Shown here: in pieces, positions 7,966 to 14,498 of the stretch
Position numbering within the stretch: position 1 is the first letter of the stretch
Layout of the letters: every line of letters begins with the position of its first letter
Origin: Synergistaceae bacterium
GTDB lineage: Bacteria > Synergistota > Synergistia > Synergistales > Aminobacteriaceae
Length of the DNA: 64,000 nucleotides
Assembly: GCA_017445405.1 (NCBI GenBank)
Contig: JAFSUD010000065.1
Coordinates: 28,404 to 92,403, forward strand
Direction of reading: 5' to 3'
Made by a program: the position numbers and the translations under genes
The notes under the pieces: generated by a model
The model's database searches: none
What the model saw: only the letters and a program-made list of their open reading frames with translations
Told to the model about the DNA's origin: nothing

Positions 7966-9105
7966 ATGCCAGGTTTACGCGAAAACTTAACCGAAAGACT
8001 GAGCTGGGAACTCCAGATTGATGATGAGTTCGCCGCTCTCATTCCGCCGCTGACGGCCGATGAACTCTCACGCTTAGAGCAGAGCATCATCAAAGAGGGA
8101 TGCCGCGAGGCCATCATCACGTGGAACAACATCATTGTTGACGGGCACAACAGATATCGTATCTGCAAGGCTCACAACATACCGTATCAGACTGTCTCCA
8201 TGAGCTTCGAGGACAGAAATGCCGTCATGCTCTGGATGCTCCAGAACCAGTTAGCAAGGCGCAACCTCAATGACTTTCAGCGCGTCGAGCTCGTCCGCAA
8301 GTGCGAGGACGCTATCAAGGCAAGGGCAAGAGAACGGCAGGGTACACGCACTGACTTGATGCCGTCTGCTGAGCAACAGCTTTCTCTTACCGAAGAGGAC
8401 AACATTGTGGAAAAATTACCACAAGGTTCGAAATCTCGTGATGAGCTTGGTGCAATTGCAGGGGTCTCCGGCAAGACGTACGAACATGCAACCGCCATCC
8501 TCGACACCGCTCCAGCTCCTGTCGTTGATGCTACCCGTAGGAAGGAGCTCTCCATCAATGCCGCCTATCAGGTTACGAAGCTCCCGCCGGAACAACAGCA
8601 GGAAGTTGCCGAGCGCATCAGTCAGGGTGAGCAGCCCCGAAAGGTTGTTGCTGAGGTCAGAAAAAATGTTTCGGCTTCTGAGCCTATACCTAAAACAGAA
8701 CCTGCTATAGAGACTGAGCAAGTGGATACGCAGGAGGCGGGTTACTCGCTATGCATTCCCTTTATTGATGCCTTCATCAAAAACGGATGTTCTCCTGTAG
8801 ACGGCGTAACGGTCAACAAGTTCCTCCTGCACGCTTACGAACATTCTAAAGAGTTCAGGTTCAACAGGCTTGACATTTATGAAGGTAACCTTCAGCCGGA
8901 TGATGTCGAAGATATTGCGGCTCTCCTTAAACAACACGACATTCACGAGTTCACTCTCTCTGCTGATGGCGGGAAACTGTTACAATGCCTCGCTGACTTC
9001 CAAGCTCACGGCTTCTATGTTCACGAGATGGTTGCCCTGAAGTACAACAATATGGGGCACGACACCATTCCGGCCATCCTACTGCGCGACACCTCCCGCT
9101 CGTAA
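7966..9105 (+). CDS. ParB/Srx N-terminal-domain protein (379 aa)
   Basis: Start at MPGLREN, 4 nt after the parA stop. IIVDGHNRYRICKAHNIPY is the ParB-nuclease-domain DGHxR motif. Central HTH-like LGAIAGVSGKTYEHA. Confidence 0.85.
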   Translation: MPGLRENLTERLSWELQIDDEFAALIPPLTADELSRLEQSIIKEGCREAIITWNNIIVDGHNRYRICKAHNIPYQTVSMSFEDRNAVMLWMLQNQLARRNLNDFQRVELVRKCEDAIKARARERQGTRTDLMPSAEQQLSLTEEDNIVEKLPQGSKSRDELGAIAGVSGKTYEHATAILDTAPAPVVDATRRKELSINAAYQVTKLPPEQQQEVAERISQGEQPRKVVAEVRKNVSASEPIPKTEPAIETEQVDTQEAGYSLCIPFIDAFIKNGCSPVDGVTVNKFLLHAYEHSKEFRFNRLDIYEGNLQPDDVEDIAALLKQHDIHEFTLSADGGKLLQCLADFQAHGFYVHEMVALKYNNMGHDTIPAILLRDTSRS

Positions 9106-9141
9106 CCTAACGCTCTATGGGCTTCGCGTACTCTACCTGTA

Positions 9142-9210
9142 CTTATCAAAACTGGCTGTTTTTGACAAGATGACGGTGTATACTTGTCAAAATCACCACT
9201 TTTTGACAAG
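9142..9210. repeat. Two tandem 28-bp palindromes (candidate parS/operator)
   Basis: CTTATCAAAA-N8-TTTTGACAAG (9142-9169) and CTTGTCAAAA-N8-TTTTGACAAG (9183-9210), 13 bp apart, between the parB-like stop and the fic start. Confidence 0.7.
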
Positions 9211-9225
9211 ATAAGTGAAGTTAGG

Positions 9226-10434
9226 ATGGATGTTATGTTCGAGAGCCTCGCTAAAATCTTTTACACCAATGGAAAATCTCATGCTCAAATCTACAAGGAA
9301 AGGTTTTACTCCCCATCGGCTGTGCACTTGCCTATAACTATCAGACAGTTCAACCATGATAGGGCTTTTCAGGCGTTCTTCTATTACAATCAAGACTTAT
9401 CTATAGCTCTGGAGAAAATATACCTCAGGTTCTCCGATTTCTTGAGCATCCTGCCTAAACTCGCACTCATCATTCAGCGTCAGTTCGCTTTAGCGTCTAT
9501 CGTTGATGAAGTTCATTCTACAAGCGATATTGAGGGCATACATAGCACGCATAGGGAGCTGAGGGATATTATTGACGGAGGCGGCAATAACCAGCACTTC
9601 TCCAGCATCATCAAGATGTACGACCTACTCTCTTCCGGCGACTATCCTCAATTCAGCACTTGCGAGGACGTTAGGAGGTTCTATGACGAGTTCGTTCATC
9701 AGGATGCTATTGCGTATGACTTCAATAACCGGCTAGATGGGAAGCTGTTTCGCAAGGAGGGCGTTGATGTCAAAAACCCTTCAGGCAAGATTATCCACAG
9801 GGGAGTTGAACCTGAAGGCAAAATCATTGCCGTCATGTCGGAGGCTCTGCACTTCTTGAACTCGGACGAATATCCCGCCCTTATCCGTATCGCCATCTTC
9901 CACTATCTCTTCGTCTACATTCATCCATTCTACGACGGCAACGGCAGAACAGCACGTTTTATCTCGTCTTGCTACCTTGCCCAGCATTTGCATCCGCTTG
10001 TCGCTCTCAGGCTCGCCGTTACCATAAAGAGGCACAAGGGAAGGTATTACTCTCTCCTAAAGGAGACTGACGCTGAAATCAACTGCGGGGATATTACTCC
10101 CTTCATTCTAGGCTTCTTGCAGTTTGTTGCCGATACCCTGCTGGAGATTAACAGCAAGCTCCAGCATAAACTTACCCAGCTCAAGCGCATGAAGCAAGCT
10201 CTCTTCTCTGTCCTGCCTCACGATGAGGACACCCAGAACATCGCTTGGGCTATCCTTCAGGCCTGCACTTTCTATGGCAGAGGAGCATCCATAGAGGAAC
10301 TCATTGCCGCATCCGGCAAGACCAGAAACACCGTCATGAAGAAATTGGCTACTATGCCTGTACGTACTCTCACAAACGTGAGAAAACACTTTTACAAAAT
10401 CGACTGGGCGGCTATGAGGTACTTAGCTCACTAG
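9226..10434 (+). CDS. Fic-family protein, class II (intramolecular inhibitory helix)
   Basis: Active-site motif HPFYDGNGRTAR. Upstream TSDIEG fits the inhibitory [ST]xxxE[GN] motif. The start (ATG 9226 versus TTG 9184) is uncertain. Confidence 0.9.
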   Translation: MDVMFESLAKIFYTNGKSHAQIYKERFYSPSAVHLPITIRQFNHDRAFQAFFYYNQDLSIALEKIYLRFSDFLSILPKLALIIQRQFALASIVDEVHSTSDIEGIHSTHRELRDIIDGGGNNQHFSSIIKMYDLLSSGDYPQFSTCEDVRRFYDEFVHQDAIAYDFNNRLDGKLFRKEGVDVKNPSGKIIHRGVEPEGKIIAVMSEALHFLNSDEYPALIRIAIFHYLFVYIHPFYDGNGRTARFISSCYLAQHLHPLVALRLAVTIKRHKGRYYSLLKETDAEINCGDITPFILGFLQFVADTLLEINSKLQHKLTQLKRMKQALFSVLPHDEDTQNIAWAILQACTFYGRGASIEELIAASGKTRNTVMKKLATMPVRTLTNVRKHFYKIDWAAMRYLAH

Positions 10435-10440
10435 CTGCCC

Positions 10441-10890
10441 TTATAGCCCTAAATACTGAATGGCAGAAGTAACGAGGAACTTTCTGCGCTCGTAGAAGAC
10501 AGTTCTGCAACAATTGAGCTCGCCGAGAACCGTATCGACGCTGTTCCGCCCGAAGTAAAACAGTTTGAGTATCTTTCTGCAGTCATTTTTCTTGGAGTTC
10601 TCCAAGACGTTTGAGCTGTTGAAGTCATTAACAAGTCTTGTGATAGGTTCGGTGTAGCGTCTGACGTAGTTGATGCGGTACTCAAGGCGCATCTTGTGTT
10701 CGATGAAAGATGCTACAGGGTCAGAATGAACGCCGCAGACATTCTCCCCGACGTTGTAAGAGTGTCCGCGAGCATCGGATGAGCCGCAAACCAGAGCGAG
10801 TTCCTGCTCCAGACTGAGTAGCTTAGAGCAGTTAGAGGGGTACTCGTAAAGGCACTTCTCGGCGAAACGGTAATTATCTCTCTTCTTCAT
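10441..10890 (-). CDS. RinA/ArpU-like phage late-gene transcriptional activator
   Basis: 149 aa. N-terminal AEKCLYEYPS and C-terminal HTH-like CRTVFYERRKFLVTSAIQYLGL match the RinA/ArpU architecture. Coupled to the upstream rusA (ATGA overlap). Confidence 0.65.
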   Translation of the reverse strand: MKKRDNYRFAEKCLYEYPSNCSKLLSLEQELALVCGSSDARGHSYNVGENVCGVHSDPVASFIEHKMRLEYRINYVRRYTEPITRLVNDFNSSNVLENSKKNDCRKILKLFYFGRNSVDTVLGELNCCRTVFYERRKFLVTSAIQYLGL

Positions 10891-11252
10891 TGCCGGTATT
10901 CCTCGAGAGTGAGGCAGGTGGTGTCCTTAGTGCCATAGATACGCCTGACATGGAGGCTCTCGACCTGCCTGTCGTTGAGGATGATACCCGCACGTTCTAA
11001 GCAGTCCTGCAATGGCTTGATGCGGTTGTCTATATCCCACTTTCTGCGGTTGCTGGTCTCGAAAACAATGGAGAGTTCGAGAGGTAGAGAGATGGGAGGC
11101 TTGTTGTGCCATTCAGCGGCGAGCTGAGCAGTAGTTTTGAGCTGCCAGAGCCTGACGTGAGGTTTCCTGCAGACAGTTCTAGCAGTGCGGAGGTAGAAAG
11201 TATTAACGGTAGGGGGAAGCCCCTCTAAAAGGAACTGAGCGAGCACATGCAC
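10887..11252 (-). CDS. rusA: RusA-family Holliday junction resolvase
   Basis: WDIDNRIKPLQDCLERAGIILNDRQV matches the RusA catalytic Asp cluster (D.DN..K...D.L......DD.qv). Confidence 0.85.
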   Translation of the reverse strand: MHVLAQFLLEGLPPTVNTFYLRTARTVCRKPHVRLWQLKTTAQLAAEWHNKPPISLPLELSIVFETSNRRKWDIDNRIKPLQDCLERAGIILNDRQVESLHVRRIYGTKDTTCLTLEEYRQ

Positions 11253-11415
11253 AACACCTTTCTGAATAAATTGTCAATAGACGAAGAAAAATTTAGGCAA
11301 TTATAGCAAGAATATGTAAGAGGCGGAAAAAAGTCGAATAAAACGCGGACAAAACAGGGACAAAAGTTGCGTATCTGGTAGTAGACTAATAGCATCGCAA
11401 GAAAGCGCAGAGGAG

Positions 11416-11443
11416 ACGGCATCTGGAAGGGTGTCGTTTTTTT
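11416..11443 (+). terminator. Hairpin + T7 run in an intergenic region (possible terminator)
   Basis: ACGGCA (11416-11421) pairs with TGTCGT (11432-11437), including one G-U pair, and is followed by TTTTTTT. No annotated plus-strand gene lies upstream. Confidence 0.35.
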
Positions 11444-11579
11444 GTGTTCATAGCGAACCTCTTTTGTGAAAAGTTGGGTAACCGCGGCAGGGGAGCAAGT
11501 ATATAGATGGGGCAGCCAGAACGCGCGGGCAGCTTAACTGTGAAGCATGAGAGGAACAGTAAGGAAGGAGAGAGGATGA

Positions 11580-11861
11580 ATGGCAGAATTAGGTGGCTGG
11601 AATATCGATGAGATGAAGGGATGCAACCTCCCGCAGAAGGCGGAGAGTGCGTTTACGGCCGTAACGGGCGGAATGACGGGAGCAGAGTATCAGCCTGTGT
11701 TGTACGTAGGCTCACAGCTGGTGAATGGGACGAACTACTGCATTCTGGCGGTACAGACGCTGGTAACGGCGACTGCATCGAAGCGACTGGTGAAGATGGT
11801 AATCCATGAGACATTAGACGGGACGGCGACGCTTGTGAGCATCAGGGGAGTAGCCCTGTAG
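11580..11861 (+). CDS. Stefin/cystatin-like protein (93 aa)
   Basis: GGAAGGAGAGAGG RBS. YQPVLYVGSQLVNGTNYCILA parallels the stefin A segment AVQYKTQVVAGTNYYIKV, including the QxVxG inhibitory loop. Confidence 0.65.
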   Translation: MAELGGWNIDEMKGCNLPQKAESAFTAVTGGMTGAEYQPVLYVGSQLVNGTNYCILAVQTLVTATASKRLVKMVIHETLDGTATLVSIRGVAL

Positions 11862-11871
11862 CAATAGACAT

Positions 11872-11937
11872 GTCGGAGTAGCTCAAGGGAGGAGCGGTCA
11901 GAGATGGCGGGTGAAGGTTCGAGCCCTTCCTCCGGCG
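11872..11937 (+). other. tRNA-like element (acceptor, D and T arms present, anticodon arm defective)
   Basis: GTCGGAG pairs with CTCCGGC as a 7-bp acceptor stem. D arm GCTC-AAGGGAG-GAGC. T arm GAAGG-TTCGAGC-CCTTC. Only 17 nt lie where 22-23 are needed. Confidence 0.3.
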
Positions 11938-11980
11938 CAACTTAAGAAAGGCACAGTCCGCAGCGCGCAAATAGCGGAAT

Positions 11981-12011
11981 ACACGGGGTTGTCTCCTTCC
12001 CCGTGTTTTTT
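11981..12011 (+). terminator. Rho-independent terminator
   Basis: ACACGGGG (11981-11988) pairs with CCCCGTGT (11999-12006) across a 10-nt loop, followed by a T6 run. Confidence 0.6.
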
Positions 12012-12045
12012 GTGCCACGCAAGGGGACAGAGAAGGAGACGGAGA

Positions 12046-13071
12046 ATGATGAATTATCAGGTAATGCCGGAACTGACGGCTGAGGAATACGCGGAGCTGA
12101 AGGCAGATATAGCCCTTCGCGGTGTGATGGTGCCGATAGAGTACGACGAGGCGGGAAATGTCCTTGACGGTTACCACCGGCTGAAGATATGCTCGGAGTT
12201 AGGCATCAAGGACTATCCGCGCGTGATACGTTCTGGGATGTCGGAGAGTGAGAAGCTAACCCATGCACGAAAGCTGAACATGGCACGTCGGCACTTAACC
12301 AGTGAGCAGAAGCGCGGGCTAATCCGAGAGCAACTGAAGGAAACGCCCGAGCAGTCAGACCGGCAGATAGCACAAGCACTTGGAGTACATCACACGACAG
12401 TAAGTAGCCAACGTAGGGAGCTAGAAGCGAACGGAGATGTGGCTAAATTAGCCACGTCAACGGATACTCTGGGGCGAGAACAGCCCCGTGCCCGCAAGCC
12501 GGTGAGTATTTTCATCCCCGCCGAGCCCGAAGAGCCCGAAGCTCAAGCAGCTCCCGAAGAACCTGCATCACCGCGACCTTTCGTGTCGTACAACAGCGGC
12601 AACAACGAGTGGTACACACCCGCTGAATACATCGAGCTTGCCCGAGAAGTTATGAGGAGCATAGACTTAGACCCCGCAAGCAGTGATATAGCGAATGAGG
12701 TAGTGAGAGCAAGGGAATACTATACCAGCGATACGGACGGGCTGTCTAACGGCTGGTTCGGGAAAGTGTGGCTGAACCCGCCTTATAGTTCAGAGCTGAT
12801 AACGAAGTTCACGGATAAGCTGCTGGAGGAACTGCCCAACATTGAGGAGGCTATAATGCTTGTAAACAACGCAACGGAGACGGAATGGTTCAACAAGCTG
12901 GTGAAAAGTTCCAGTGCAGTATGTTTCCCTAGAGGCAGAGTGAAATTCCATATGCCAGACGGAACGACAGGTGCGCCATTGCAGGGACAGGCATTGCTTT
13001 ACTTTGGAGGAGACAGGGGAAAGTTCATCGAAGTATTCAGCAGAAAAGGCTGGTGCGCAGTCCCCGAATGA
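12046..13071 (+). CDS. ParB-like nuclease domain fused to DNA N6-adenine methyltransferase (phage Dam family)
   Basis: Start moved to MMNYQ (GAAGGAGACGGAGA RBS). VLDGYHRLKIC is a ParB-domain motif. NNEWYTPAEYI...DLDPASS...VWLNPPYS are N6A-methylase motifs. Confidence 0.85.
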   Translation: MMNYQVMPELTAEEYAELKADIALRGVMVPIEYDEAGNVLDGYHRLKICSELGIKDYPRVIRSGMSESEKLTHARKLNMARRHLTSEQKRGLIREQLKETPEQSDRQIAQALGVHHTTVSSQRRELEANGDVAKLATSTDTLGREQPRARKPVSIFIPAEPEEPEAQAAPEEPASPRPFVSYNSGNNEWYTPAEYIELAREVMRSIDLDPASSDIANEVVRAREYYTSDTDGLSNGWFGKVWLNPPYSSELITKFTDKLLEELPNIEEAIMLVNNATETEWFNKLVKSSSAVCFPRGRVKFHMPDGTTGAPLQGQALLYFGGDRGKFIEVFSRKGWCAVPE

Positions 13072-13499
13072 AATACGAAGACAGCAGTCGTGGAAAGATA
13101 CAGTACCGAGACAGAGCCCGACAACTGATAGACTTCAGCGGAATAAAGTACGGACGAATAACACCGACGGACATAGACGGATTTCTTGAGTACAAGGGTA
13201 AGGCGTTCGTGTTCTATGAGTATAAACTGCCAGAGGTGGAGATGCCGGACGGACAAGGATTGGCGTTGACGCGAATGGTGGATGTTCTGAGCACTGCAGG
13301 GAAAGAGGCGGTGCTTTTTTTATGCCGTCATAACGAGACGAACCCGAACAAGGACATCATCGGCTCAGACGCGATAGTGGAGGGAGTATATTGGCACGGT
13401 AAATGGCATCAGGGAGCGCAGCAGACAGTGAAACAGCAGACGGATAAATTCATACAATGGGTAAATAGGAAGTCTAAGAGGAACGGAGTGGGTGTATAG
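13068..13499 (+). CDS. Hypothetical protein, possible PD-(D/E)xK fold (143 aa)
   Basis: ATGA overlap with the methyltransferase stop. ITPTDIDGFLEYKGKAFVFYEYK contains a D...ExK arrangement. The fold assignment is tentative. Confidence 0.65.
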   Translation: MKYEDSSRGKIQYRDRARQLIDFSGIKYGRITPTDIDGFLEYKGKAFVFYEYKLPEVEMPDGQGLALTRMVDVLSTAGKEAVLFLCRHNETNPNKDIIGSDAIVEGVYWHGKWHQGAQQTVKQQTDKFIQWVNRKSKRNGVGV

Positions 13500-13582
13500 T
13501 GAAAATGATGAAGAAATTGTTAGGGCGTGTGTACCCGTAAAGGTGAGAAGCAGCATGGGGAGCTGTTATGTCCCCCGTAAGG

Positions 13583-14005
13583 CTAATTATAGCGACGGGC
13601 AGATACTTTGCGGTATATGCCGAGTTTGCTCATTAGAGCATCACGCAGAGTTTCCGAGAAGTTGATTTTCTCCCTGAGAGCGGCTCTGTTGAGCCATCTC
13701 GGAAGTGTAACAGTGCGTTTCTCAGACTTGCTATCCATCTCTTCGCGGTAAGCTGGGAGATAGATGCGTACAGGAACAGTAGCAGTATCCTCTTCATGAG
13801 GAATATCCTGAATGCGGGACGGCTCAGGCAAGGTTTCTACTTCAGCATCAGCGAGATAAAAGCCAAGAGTTTCCTGAGCATAGGCGTAAACATCGCAGTC
13901 TTTTCTGCACTGCCCCGTGCATCCCGGCAAATCGGGAAAGGTAACCGCGACTTCATCAGGAATGTCATACCAGAATAGAGCTGGATAAACGATAAAATCA
14001 TTCAT
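13583..14005 (-). CDS. hicB: HicB-family antitoxin (HicB fold + C-terminal RHH)
   Basis: YPALFWYDIPDEVAVTFPDLPGCTGQC is typical of a HicB N-terminus. The C-terminus RTVTLPRWLNRAALREKINFSETLRDAL is RHH-like. AAAGGAGAC RBS. Confidence 0.85.
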   Translation of the reverse strand: MNDFIVYPALFWYDIPDEVAVTFPDLPGCTGQCRKDCDVYAYAQETLGFYLADAEVETLPEPSRIQDIPHEEDTATVPVRIYLPAYREEMDSKSEKRTVTLPRWLNRAALREKINFSETLRDALMSKLGIYRKVSARRYN

Positions 14006-14020
14006 TGTGTATAGTCTCCT

Positions 14021-14092
14021 TTATGCGAGCACAACAACCCATCTATTAGCTTCAAGAAGAGCCTTAATTTCCCTTGAGGAGTAAGACTTCAT
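14021..14092 (-). pseudogene. hicA: hicA toxin remnant (23 codons)
   Basis: MKSYSSREIKALLEANRWVVVLA* matches a HicA N-terminus (MKs.elik.Le.nGW) but stops before the GSH catalytic region, 15 nt upstream of hicB. Confidence 0.5.
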
Positions 14093-14165
14093 GAACATCA
14101 CCTCTTTTCCCCTCAAGGATTGTGAGATTATAGCACATATAAAAAATACATATTAGGTGAAAGAT

Positions 14166-14498
14166 ATGGATAACGAGACAACGATAGAGCGAGATGACAA
14201 AGGCCGTTTCGTGAAAGGGCAGTCTGGCAATCCGTCCGGCCGCCCGAGAGTACCTGAAGAGGTACGGAACGCCATCAAGGCAGCGTGTCCCGAAGCAGTG
14301 CAGAGGCTGATAGGGTTCATGAGCCACGAGAACGCGAAGATAGCGATGATGGCAATCACGGAGATACTGGACAGGGGCTACGGGAAGGCGACGCAAATGC
14401 AGGATGTGCAGATAGACGTGAACGGAGCGGCAGGATTGCGTGAGGAGATACGCAGTCTATTGCTGGAGCGCGAGGCGGAACGTGGAACTGACAGCTGA
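14166..14498 (+). CDS. Small terminase candidate (DUF5681-like)
   Basis: GRFVKGQSGNPSGRPR is the DUF5681 signature often found just upstream of TerL. It overlaps the terminase large subunit start. Confidence 0.6.
   Translation: MDNETTIERDDKGRFVKGQSGNPSGRPRVPEEVRNAIKAACPEAVQRLIGFMSHENAKIAMMAITEILDRGYGKATQMQDVQIDVNGAAGLREEIRSLLLEREAERGTDS

Noticed and set aside
11872-11937. Genuine tRNA gene
   Set aside because: The acceptor, D and T arms pair well. But only 17 nt lie between the D and T arms, with no 5-bp anticodon stem or 7-nt loop. It is reported only as a tRNA-like element.
11911-12045. Long N-terminal extension of the methyltransferase ORF (track start 11911)
   Set aside because: The extension would read through the tRNA-like element and a strong terminator. 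A good RBS precedes the ATG at 12046, where ParB-domain similarity begins.
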